Positions 38,713 to 46,522 of a stretch of 59,849 nt of DNA are shown piece by piece. How positions within the stretch are numbered: position 1 is the first letter of the stretch; each line of letters begins with the position of its first letter. The position numbers were made by a program, and so were the translations under genes. The notes below the pieces were generated by a model. It made no database searches. It had not been told where the DNA came from and saw only the letters and a list, made by a program, of their open reading frames with translations. The stretch is taken from IMG/VR virus record IMGVR_UViG_3300031996_000006, positions 1 to 59,849 of that record. One strand, given 5' to 3'. Source of the stretch: a virus. Taxonomy: Duplodnaviria > Caudoviricetes.

Positions 38713-39422
38713 TGGGTAATCATACGAGGGAACGTGAGCGGGCGTCATCGACAACCGGAAAGTTCCTCGCATTGGGTATTGGCGTTGCTAGCGCCACTGG
38801 TGTACCGCTTGTTTTGGCTCCTGAAGCCAACGCAGCAGATAACACTAGTCTCCTGGATGCAATCGCACAGTGCGAATCCAGCGGGAATCCGAATGCGTCG
38901 AATGGTACACATTTCGGTCTATTCCAGTTTGACTTGGCAACTTGGCGTTCTGTCGGAGGGAAGGGAGATCCACGTAATGCATCCACCTCAGAACAGTACG
39001 CACGTGCCACTGCACTACTCGCGAGTCGTGGCACCCAGCCTTGGCTTGCGTCCCAACATTGCTGGTCAGGAAAGGTAGGTAAGGCGCCATCGTTGAACTC
39101 AGTAGCCTCATCCGGTTCCTCGGCAAAGGCAAATCTCACCCACGCAAAGCCTTCACCGACTCCCAGGTCAAGCCATGGGACCTCCACGCCATCGAGGAAT
39201 ACCCCAAAGCCGGTAACCCCAAAGCCGGTAACGAGCACTCCGGTTCACGATTCGGTAGCCTCTTCCGTGGGGCCATCGACTCATCGTGTGGTTCGCGGGG
39301 ATACGCTGTCGGAGATTGCTGCTTCGTATGGCATGAACTGGAAGACCCTTTGGAATCTGAATAGGGATCGGATCTCTAACCCAAACCGGATCTATCCAAA
39401 TCAGGTTCTTAGGTTGAAGTAA
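38712..39422 (+). CDS. rpf: Secreted resuscitation-promoting factor (Rpf domain + LysM)
   Basis: Signal peptide ending ANA; AIAQCESSGN..GLFQF...TW...GG...EQ..A..L...G..PW; LysM VVRGDTLSEIA...NPNRIYPNQVL. Confidence 0.92.
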   Translation: MGNHTRERERASSTTGKFLALGIGVASATGVPLVLAPEANAADNTSLLDAIAQCESSGNPNASNGTHFGLFQFDLATWRSVGGKGDPRNASTSEQYARATALLASRGTQPWLASQHCWSGKVGKAPSLNSVASSGSSAKANLTHAKPSPTPRSSHGTSTPSRNTPKPVTPKPVTSTPVHDSVASSVGPSTHRVVRGDTLSEIAASYGMNWKTLWNLNRDRISNPNRIYPNQVLRLK

Positions 39423-40015
39423 TGACAATGCCTCTATTTCAGAGGCTAATGCCGGACCCCAGGGACCGTCACCTAACCAGACAATTGGTTATCGTGGCGG
39501 TCCCTTTGGGTGTGGTACTAGGTCTCTCGATTGCAGCTTTTTACCTTGGCTTTGGCGGATTGCCAAGCCCTAACCTAGGTGGCGATTTCCAATTAACGAA
39601 CCCTCCGAACTCCTCAAAGTCGAGTCCTTCGGCCGTAGGAACATCATCCGAATCCCAGCCGACATTGACCCTACAAAAGGATTCTCAGTCAGCTTCCACG
39701 ACATTAACCATTACACCGTCACCCAATACGACAACGCAGAGCATCCTTCCGGCATCTTCACCTACCGATTCCAGCCTGCCACAGTCGCCCGAGATAACGA
39801 CAACTCCCACTCCCACTCCAACCACAGCCTCTTTAACAACTCAAAGGCAGGATGATAATTCATGGAACTCAACGACTACCAGCGCCACGCAGAGTCCACC
39901 GCCATCTACCCCCACGACACCGACGACGACGGAATCAACTACTGTATCCTCGGACTTATCGGAGAAGCAGGAGAACTTGCAAACAAGTGGAAGAAGTATT
40001 ACCGAGACGGGCTAG
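39422..40015 (+). CDS. Single-TM protein with S/T/P-rich extracellular tail
   Basis: TAATG coupling; TM followed by low-complexity region; overlaps the next gene by 154 bp. Confidence 0.6.
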   Translation: MTMPLFQRLMPDPRDRHLTRQLVIVAVPLGVVLGLSIAAFYLGFGGLPSPNLGGDFQLTNPPNSSKSSPSAVGTSSESQPTLTLQKDSQSASTTLTITPSPNTTTQSILPASSPTDSSLPQSPEITTTPTPTPTTASLTTQRQDDNSWNSTTTSATQSPPPSTPTTPTTTESTTVSSDLSEKQENLQTSGRSITETG

Positions 40016-40191
40016 ACCTCGATGACGTCACCCCTAAGCTTCGTGCTGAACTCGGTGACGTCCTCTGGTACGTAGCCAATCTATCTGCTGAGTTGGGAAT
40101 GGATCTCTCCGACGTAGCTGAAGAAAACATTGACAAGCTGAAGCAGCGTCAGGAAGCCGGGACCCTACAGGGGAGTGGCGACATCCGATAA
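39862..40191 (+). CDS. MazG-like nucleotide pyrophosphohydrolase
   Basis: YQ..A..T, LGL.GEAGE, ELGDVLWYVA, N..KL..R. Confidence 0.92.
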   Translation: MELNDYQRHAESTAIYPHDTDDDGINYCILGLIGEAGELANKWKKYYRDGLDLDDVTPKLRAELGDVLWYVANLSAELGMDLSDVAEENIDKLKQRQEAGTLQGSGDIR

Positions 40192-40200
40192 CCAAACACT

Positions 40201-40240
40201 TATACCCCGCTTAGTGCATCTGCGCGCTAGGCGGGGTATA
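40201..40240 (+). terminator. Hairpin terminator
   Basis: TATACCCCGC / GCGGGGTATA stem. Confidence 0.7.
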
Positions 40241-40292
40241 TTTGTGTGAGCAGTAGTTCCGGAATTTAATTCACAAAGTCTGGACGTGCCGA

Positions 40293-40865
40293 ATGCCTCA
40301 AGCGTGGGAACGCGAGCAAATGGGGATATCCGGTCTAGAGCAGGACGTTAAGGCCGTCTACGATTGGGTACGCTCCCAGCTAAGCAACCACAAAGAGTGG
40401 TTGATGAACGAGATTACAAAGATTCGGGGAGATATGGCTACTTACGAGCAGGCTGCGAATGACGCCCTTACCGCCATGCGCCAGCAGGGTCAGCAGATTC
40501 AGGATCTGACTTCGCAGCTCAAGGATGCGCTTGCCAATAACGACAACTCGGCCGCTCAGGCTGCTGCGGACTCCCTTGAGGCAGCCGCTCAGTCCATCCT
40601 GAATCACGTTGAGAATACGGATGTGCCTGCTCCGTCTGCGGGTGGCACTGCGGACGACGCTCCGGCCGTCGACAACGGCAATGACGTGAACGCGGGCAAC
40701 ACCACTCCGGACGTCGGTGGAGAGACCCCCGTGGCGCCGGGTGGGACGGATGCTCCGCTCCCAGCGGACACTCCTGCTCAGCAGGACGTGGCCGATACCC
40801 CGGCTGAGGTCCCTGCTGACGTTCCCGCGTCGGACACGAGCACCGATGAGACCCCGAGCGTCTGA
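40293..40865 (+). CDS. Coiled-coil protein with acidic D/P/A-rich tail
   Basis: ORF composition; start uncertain (40293, 40320 or later). Confidence 0.7.
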   Translation: MPQAWEREQMGISGLEQDVKAVYDWVRSQLSNHKEWLMNEITKIRGDMATYEQAANDALTAMRQQGQQIQDLTSQLKDALANNDNSAAQAAADSLEAAAQSILNHVENTDVPAPSAGGTADDAPAVDNGNDVNAGNTTPDVGGETPVAPGGTDAPLPADTPAQQDVADTPAEVPADVPASDTSTDETPSV

Positions 40866-40904
40866 GTACGTTCGGTGATTTACAACTGAATAATAACTAA
40901 ATAA

Positions 40905-40953
40905 AGAAACCCCCGTAGGGCCTCATTTAAGAGGGAATCCTACGGGGGTTTCT
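40905..40953. terminator. Bidirectional terminator at the convergence of the two arms
   Basis: AGAAACCCCCGTAGG / CCTACGGGGGTTTCT stem. Confidence 0.85.
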
Positions 40954-41014
40954 CTATGTGTAGTCCCAGCGGTACAGTTTTCCTACTTATGTTTCGGATG
41001 TACCAACTACACAG

Positions 41015-41086
41015 TCGGGATGATGGGGTTCGAACCCATGACTTCTAGTTCCCAAAACTAGCACTCTTCCGCTGAGCTACATCCCG
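41015..41086 (-). tRNA. tRNA-Pro(TGG)
   Basis: CGGGATG acceptor stem, anticodon arm CTAGT-TTTGGGA-ACTAG, GGTTCGAACCC T-arm. Confidence 0.92.
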
Positions 41087-41461
41087 TTTGTTTTTGTTGT
41101 ATTTCTTTCCTGCTTCAGACTTAGCCTTTTTACAGGAGTCACATCTACAACCGTACTTACTATATCCCCATGGAGTTCCATGCTGAATCTCTTCCCACTT
41201 ATTGTGACCTCCACCATACTCTTTATTAATTTTGGTTTTTTCAATGTGATGTAACTTGCAAAGAAGCTGACACTTATCCAGTTCAACTACCAAACGATTC
41301 CATGAGATAGCCCAATTTTGCATGATTCCAAATGACTTAGTCTTCGGATCGATGTGATCGAACTGGAGGGCTTCTGTACTACTACAATTAACACACTTGC
41401 CACCAAGGTAGGCGAGCATCTTAGCTTTTCGAATCTGATACTCACTCATGGTTGAGGTCAT
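41045..41461 (-). CDS. HNH endonuclease
   Basis: GGKCVNC...LQFDHIDP...KCQLLCKLHH plus C-terminal HGT..GY...CRC..C; 3' end runs into tRNA-Pro. Confidence 0.92.
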   Translation of the reverse strand: MTSTMSEYQIRKAKMLAYLGGKCVNCSSTEALQFDHIDPKTKSFGIMQNWAISWNRLVVELDKCQLLCKLHHIEKTKINKEYGGGHNKWEEIQHGTPWGYSKYGCRCDSCKKAKSEAGKKYNKNKRDVAQRKSASFGN

Positions 41462-41467
41462 GCCCAA

Positions 41468-41496
41468 AGGCTACCGCAACCAAACCCTGGTGGCAA
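41468..41496 (-). promoter_or_regulatory. Leaderless promoter for the HNH gene: TTGCCA-N17-TAGCCT-N6-ATG
   Basis: Exact spacing read from the sequence. Confidence 0.7.
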
Positions 41497-41518
41497 GTGC
41501 GCTACCAAACTGCGCCAC
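41497..41518 (-). pseudogene. Orphan tRNA D-arm fragment (tRNA-Pro-like)
   Basis: GTGGCGCAGTTTGGTAGCGCAC with no cognate T-arm or acceptor stem. Confidence 0.6.
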
Positions 41519-41618
41519 GGATAGTTACGTGCGTTATTTTCGGAATCGTTTGCACACGACGATCAACATTCCGGCTGATCTTCCGCCCGAGACGCACCCC
41601 TCGGGAGTTTATTAATTG

Positions 41619-41774
41619 TTAATACCAATACCTACGTCCGCCAACCGGCCGTCCAGTCGAGCCAAGAGCAAACAGAATAAGGCCGATCACTAGAAGTGCA
41701 AGACCGATGTACCACAAGATGTGCAATCCGAGAATAATCCCCAGTACCAGCAGAATCAAACCAACGATAATCAT
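41619..41774 (-). CDS. Small two-TM membrane protein
   Basis: MIIVGLILLVLG...GRPVGGRRYWY, an actinobacterial small-membrane-protein pattern; AGGAG RBS. Confidence 0.8.
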   Translation of the reverse strand: MIIVGLILLVLGIILGLHILWYIGLALLVIGLILFALGSTGRPVGGRRYWY

Positions 41775-41907
41775 TTGTACTCCTAATTGGGAGAGTTGGG
41801 CACCGCTACCAGTCACCTTACTACAGGTTTGAGGTTGTCGCTATGCGAACCAACTCTCAAACAGGTAGTTCCCCGGACTGACACCTTTATTGCAATGCCC
41901 AACTCAG

Positions 41908-41980
41908 CGACCCAAACGGGACTTGAACCCGCGATCTCCACCTTGACAGGGTGGCGCTTTACCAACTAAGCTATTGGGCC
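41908..41980 (-). tRNA. tRNA-Asp(GTC)
   Basis: GGCCCAA acceptor stem, CCACC-CTGTCAA-GGTGG anticodon arm, GGTTCAAGTCC T-arm. Confidence 0.93.
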
Positions 41981-41982
41981 TG

Positions 41983-42148
41983 GAATTAGATCACGGGTTG
42001 AGCAGGAACGTTCATAACACAGGCGAAAGGAACCCGGGATGGAATCCTGCGAACGAACCTTAACCGTGGTGCTTCATGCGCACGAGATTGGCCGAAATCA
42101 ATCTCTCCTTACCCGGGACGGAGTTTGACTCCATCCGTGATCTAATTC
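41983..42148 (-). ncRNA. Candidate structured ncRNA B (166 nt)
   Basis: Perfect 14-bp closing helix plus internal hairpins; no ORF; abuts tRNA-Asp. Confidence 0.6.
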
Positions 42149-42167
42149 TTTTTACCTTCTACCACCT

Positions 42168-42379
42168 GGCGTGCCACCAGCTCCCCGGGATCAACCCGAA
42201 GTTTAATGCCTCTCCTTTTCGATGAAACAGGCGAGAGGCTTTCCTGTCTGCCACCCTATTCAGCGAACCACATGTCCGTGTGGTGCGAATAGAGCTCATC
42301 TGAATAAAGTTTTATGTGTCCCGTGTCGGACAGAGGACGGGACCAGCCTCTGCGCTAACTCCCTAGAACCCCGCACGCC
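42168..42379 (-). ncRNA. Candidate structured ncRNA A with H-type pseudoknot
   Basis: GGCGTGC/GCACGCC closing helix, pseudoknot at 42318-42352, further hairpins; no ORF. Confidence 0.55.
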
Positions 42380-42451
42380 CAATGTCTAGACGTATTCTCG
42401 CTCTAGTTTGTCAGTCCTATTGTCAGTCGGGGGGACCTTCTGACATGTTCA

Positions 42452-42481
42452 AGTATAGCAGGCATTTCACGGACTCGTCAA
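42452..42481 (-). promoter_or_regulatory. Promoter TTGACG-N18-TATACT pointing into the ncRNA/tRNA cluster
   Basis: Same hexamers as the 25048 promoter; no downstream ORF for more than 600 bp. Confidence 0.75.
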
Positions 42482-42826
42482 CAGCCCTGGAAAGTGTCCA
42501 CGGTCAACTTCTCTGACAAAATTCCTTACCAATGGATAGTCCCGTAGAGAAATTGGGACTCGCCACAGCGCATGACGTCGGTCATCTGAGTATAGAGAGA
42601 CCCACGCCAAAGAGACACTAGCACACTGCACTCCTGGCAACACAGCTACTAGGTAGATTGAGAGAGGGCACTCGATATCGGAGTATCGACGGCCGAGAAT
42701 ACCATAGCGTGTGAGCCTTCGTGCAATGTGCACTGTCTTGCCTAGTGAATTAAGATGCCCTAGAGCATCCGCCGCGTGGACTCGGGCAATGTCGTTACCA
42801 GGAAGTTCATACAGGGGAGCCGTCAC
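42467..42826 (-). CDS. Hypothetical protein
   Basis: ORF in leftward operon; GILG......CPL..YL motif. Confidence 0.7.
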   Translation of the reverse strand: MTAPLYELPGNDIARVHAADALGHLNSLGKTVHIARRLTRYGILGRRYSDIECPLSIYLVAVLPGVQCASVSLAWVSLYSDDRRHALWRVPISLRDYPLVRNFVREVDRGHFPGLLTSP

Positions 42827-43007
42827 TTACTACTTCTTCCTGCTTTGGGAGGTGGAGACACAGCTCGTTACATTCCGGGTTGGAATACGAGTGTGCGTGT
42901 ACTACTACCATGTAGCCTTCACGCTTAACAAGCTGAGTTGCCTTCTGAACAATCACCTCCCTATCTACACCTTCAGTAATGTAGAACTGGGTCTCAGTAG
43001 CCGACAT
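42807..43007 (-). CDS. Small hypothetical protein
   Basis: Overlapping operon ORF. Confidence 0.6.
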   Translation of the reverse strand: MSATETQFYITEGVDREVIVQKATQLVKREGYMVVVHAHSYSNPECNELCLHLPKQEEVVSDGSPV

Positions 43008-43143
43008 CTTTACTAAGTTCCTCTGCTAGCTCTATCTGTTCCGTTTTGGTTAAGCAACTAGGCCACTCACATGGAACATCGCAGTCATGTGGGAGCATAG
43101 TACAATCAAAATGACAGCCACACTCTAGCCGCTTATCCTTCAT
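42994..43143 (-). CDS. Small Cys-rich protein
   Basis: ATGA coupling to the helicase stop; CGCHFDC...C...C...C. Confidence 0.55.
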   Translation of the reverse strand: MKDKRLECGCHFDCTMLPHDCDVPCEWPSCLTKTEQIELAEELSKDVGY

Positions 43144-44594
43144 TTTACATTCACTACATCCTTTACGGCCTGTGCTTTCTGCCAAATCTTCTTCAAACGT
43201 GGCTCGTCCACGGTGTCATCGGCAATGATATCGATGATCTGACAAGCATTCTTCTGACCGATACGCCAAATCCGGTCCTCTGCCTGCTCATTCACCGATG
43301 GATTCCAGTTACGATCCAAGAAGATGAGGGTGTGGGCAGCAGTAAGGGTAATGGTGGTACCCGCCGCTTTCACTGTTCCAACAAATACGCGTGCCTTCCC
43401 GGATTGAAAGTCCGCAACTGCGGCAACGCGTGCGGTTTGTGAAAGCACTGACCCAGTGATGTGACTTGTCGTGATTCCCGCCTTCTGGCATCGCTCTAGA
43501 ACCATCCCTACAACGTCAAGGAAGTTAGTAAAAACAACGAACTGCTCTTCCGGGTGCTCCTCAATGTATTCCATGAGAGCATCGAGCTTTGGAGAAGGCT
43601 CCAAGATGCGAACCTCAGGACCCTGCGGAGCGTTTTTCGGAAGCTCATCCTGAGGAGTATTGCGATGCTTCTCCCAGAATGCTTCGTACTTTGACCAATC
43701 AACTTCGCACGTGCCCATGGTCATTTGAAGCAACCGCATATACATAGCGATCTTGTGAATGATGACAAGTTCTTGTTCATCATCGCCAAGCAAAGAGCGT
43801 TGGTACTTCTCCATGGAGTTATAGTCACGCCGCTGACGCTTCGTCAACTGCACACGCATTTCAGAATGTGTCTTCTCGGGCATGTCATCGATGACTTCAG
43901 TCAGCGTTCGCCTGATGTAGTACGGACGAATCTGGTCATGCAAGTCACTGATGTTCTGCACACCGTCAATGACCCGGAAGCCGTTAGGATGGGTGTGCCA
44001 CTTCAGGTATTTATTGTAGAAACGCCAGTAAGATGAGAACTGCTTCTTGTAAAGCCAGTTAAGCGGAGACCAGAAGTCTTGCGGCTTATCGTCAGCAGGC
44101 GTACCACTGATAGCAGTGCGGTATGTAGCCGGGATCTTCTTAAAGACTCGTGTGCGCTTGGTCTTAGGGTTCTTTGCGTACTGAATCTCATCGGCAATGA
44201 CGTGATGCCACCTGGGCGGGACCATTAGTCCAGGCAGTAGAGCAAGAGCATTCCAATGCACAATATAGTAATCGAAATTGCAAGCACCAAGATCGAGTTC
44301 CACGCTAAATTGGGAGCGGTCGCCAGGGTCCACCACAAGAATGCGATCAGGAGATACCCCCATCTGCTCCAGGTGCCAGCGCCAGACCGACAGCCCGCCC
44401 TTCTGGCAGACGATGAGTGTCCTAAAGTGACTGTCCTTTGTCGATGGCGTCCACGCTGCACGGATGTCCAGGTCACGTTGTACGCCGGTCAGCGTCTTAC
44501 CAACCCCCATTGAGTCGCCGATAAAGACAGCTGGAATTCCCCTGAACTTCTCCACTGCCATCTTCTGGTGCGGAAGTAGCTCTAGCATCTTCAC
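43140..44594 (-). CDS. SNF2-family (SF2) helicase
   Basis: GDSMGVGKT, DEIQ, SGTP, IRR, W.P...QAEDRIWRIGQ motifs. Confidence 0.93.
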   Translation of the reverse strand: MKMLELLPHQKMAVEKFRGIPAVFIGDSMGVGKTLTGVQRDLDIRAAWTPSTKDSHFRTLIVCQKGGLSVWRWHLEQMGVSPDRILVVDPGDRSQFSVELDLGACNFDYYIVHWNALALLPGLMVPPRWHHVIADEIQYAKNPKTKRTRVFKKIPATYRTAISGTPADDKPQDFWSPLNWLYKKQFSSYWRFYNKYLKWHTHPNGFRVIDGVQNISDLHDQIRPYYIRRTLTEVIDDMPEKTHSEMRVQLTKRQRRDYNSMEKYQRSLLGDDEQELVIIHKIAMYMRLLQMTMGTCEVDWSKYEAFWEKHRNTPQDELPKNAPQGPEVRILEPSPKLDALMEYIEEHPEEQFVVFTNFLDVVGMVLERCQKAGITTSHITGSVLSQTARVAAVADFQSGKARVFVGTVKAAGTTITLTAAHTLIFLDRNWNPSVNEQAEDRIWRIGQKNACQIIDIIADDTVDEPRLKKIWQKAQAVKDVVNVK

Positions 44595-44946
44595 TCTCCT
44601 TTCTAGGTTCCACAGGATCGTGTGGATTGATTAAAGTCTTTCCATCTACGTGGAAGAACTCCATTGTCTCATGGATTTCAGCTTCGATCAAGCGCTGAAG
44701 TGCCCACGTGAAGAAGTCGTGTTCACTGCGGACTACCCACGTCGGGATAAGACTCCGGATATACAGTTTAGTTTTCTCACCAGGTCGGAAAGCATTGTCG
44801 ACCTCGGCTGTGACATAGAAAACCGGTCGGAACATGGTCTCATCCATAAAGACCGTGAAGTTCCAACCGGTTTTGTATGTAATTCTCGATACTGCGAGTT
44901 CTAATTCACTTAGTGAAAGCGGTCTAGGTTGTTCAGTAAGATCCAT
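44497..44946 (-). CDS. Hypothetical protein with E.HE..E motif
   Basis: ITYK.GW.F ... EAEIHETMEFF...NPH. Confidence 0.75.
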   Translation of the reverse strand: MDLTEQPRPLSLSELELAVSRITYKTGWNFTVFMDETMFRPVFYVTAEVDNAFRPGEKTKLYIRSLIPTWVVRSEHDFFTWALQRLIEAEIHETMEFFHVDGKTLINPHDPVEPRKESEDARATSAPEDGSGEVQGNSSCLYRRLNGGW

Positions 44947-45388
44947 CCTTGAATGCTAGCACCATGGAGTACAGGATCACTCCATAGACTGCTATGTCAA
45001 GATAGGTATCTTCTGCCGCTTCGTTCGCCGCTGCATCCAGTCTACCATTCTTCCGAAGAGATTGCAAGCGGGCAAACTTCTGAGCTAAATTAAAGAGGAC
45101 TGCCTCCATTGGACCAAAATTATCTACACCCAGTGTGGCTACAGACATGTGGAAATTACTAAAGGGGTCTCCGTCGAGCGCGTAGTCCTGTCGCTTCTTC
45201 CTGTTCATTTCAACAATCTTAATGCACGCAGACTCAAACGGGTCCGAAGGATCGAGATAGATTCCTCCCTCGGTTGGCTCGAAGATTCCTCGCTCACGAC
45301 GAGTGTTCATATGACTAACAGGTGCCACTTCAGGTTCCTGACTTACCATGTGCTTAGCAAGATTCTGACCAGATACAGCTTCTCCCAT
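44933..45388 (-). CDS. DUF1599 / dATP-dGTP diphosphohydrolase-like (nucleotide-modification-associated) protein
   Basis: KKRQDYA...DPFSNF, K.ARL, EDTYLDIAVY motifs; starts inside the inverted repeat. Confidence 0.75.
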   Translation of the reverse strand: MGEAVSGQNLAKHMVSQEPEVAPVSHMNTRRERGIFEPTEGGIYLDPSDPFESACIKIVEMNRKKRQDYALDGDPFSNFHMSVATLGVDNFGPMEAVLFNLAQKFARLQSLRKNGRLDAAANEAAEDTYLDIAVYGVILYSMVLAFKDGSY

Positions 45389-45592
45389 AGCTCTATTCTA
45401 CACGAAGAATAGATTTTGCCCACCCCTGACCGGCCATGCGGGTCTCAGCGCCTCTCTAACAAGATCAACCTGCCTAACCCGCCCAAGGAGACCACCCACC
45501 CCGTCTAAGGCGCTCTACGGAGCTCTCAGGCACCAGAAAGACCCCCTCGGTGGTCAGTGGGCCGCGCAGAGCCCCACCCCGGGCCGATTTGG
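45360..45592 (-). repeat. Right copy of the 233-bp inverted repeat
   Basis: Reverse complement of 1-233. Confidence 0.97.
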
Positions 45593-45792
45593 GGGTCGAA
45601 GTTCGTTAAAAAGTCAGGAACTGTGTAAAAACACACCAGGAGTGCAACTAAGGAAAGGTACTTTGACCTGGGAAAACACTACGAAGTTAACGTAGTTGAC
45701 GAAGTCTCGTGACGTGATGTGTTATCGACGAGGTTGACTTTTTTGTCAAGCCCTGCATGCCAACTTTCTCACGCTTGGACCGATCTAAGCCG

Positions 45793-45808
45793 TGTGATCT
45801 GCGTCACA
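45793..45808. promoter_or_regulatory. CRP/GlxR-type binding site TGTGA-N6-TCACA
   Basis: Perfect consensus TGTGAtctgcgTCACA in the divergent intergenic region. Confidence 0.65.
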
Positions 45809-46276
45809 GACCTACCCGACCGCCCAGTCACCCGGATGATCTTGACAAATGAACGAGGGAGGAGGATCCTACTACCTCTTTAGAAGATCAAGTAACTTTT
45901 ACTAAAGTTTTACTTGACTTCTTCTCTTACTTAAGTCATAACGCATGATGCGCGCAGCGATTCCGCTAACTCCGCTAACTTCGTGCGCATCTTCGCAGGT
46001 CAGCCCCGGTTTTCTCAGTTGCACCGGGAGTGCTACTTCGTGCTACTCCGCCACCCCACATCGCTGTGACCTGCGGAAACACACCGTGGCACACATTGAA
46101 GATCATCGGCAACTGTCCCCATCGGACACTGACCGTCCACACCGGACCTGAAGGAAAACCCCAGGTCAGCACCAACGTAAGCCAAATTAACAAGGATCCC
46201 CCTCCCGACTTCCCTGCTTCTACCTAATCCTCCTATGGATTCCTGCTCTGTTGACCCTGCCTGATATAATGGGAAT

Positions 46277-46522
46277 ATGCCCATCAGAACAGTCCGTGTG
46301 ACTCAACGCGTATCAGAGGCAAGTGGTCGACGTAGGGTTTGGATGCGTAGAATTGAGAAGATGTTCGCTGAGAAGGATTACAAGCAAGCTATCTATAAGC
46401 TTCAAGATTGGATGCTTCTCGAAGTGAAGGATATGCCTGAAGAGGAACTTGAACAGGCTTGTCTGAAGTTTGCACAGTGTGTTTCTGAGATTAACGCTTT
46501 TAACGCCAATGAAATCGAGTAA
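46277..46522 (+). CDS. Hypothetical protein
   Basis: TATAAT-N6-ATG leaderless start. Confidence 0.75.
   Translation: MPIRTVRVTQRVSEASGRRRVWMRRIEKMFAEKDYKQAIYKLQDWMLLEVKDMPEEELEQACLKFAQCVSEINAFNANEIE

Noticed and set aside
41983-42400. Hammerhead ribozyme or group I intron
   Set aside because: No CTGATGA core or P7-type conserved elements recognised on either strand.
42150-42445. tmRNA
   Set aside because: Pseudoknot resembles pk1, but there is no acceptor stem, canonical T-loop, CCA end or convincing tag frame.
1-45592. Transposon or protein-primed genome with terminal inverted repeats
   Set aside because: No transposase or family B polymerase; phage-like genes continue beyond 45592.
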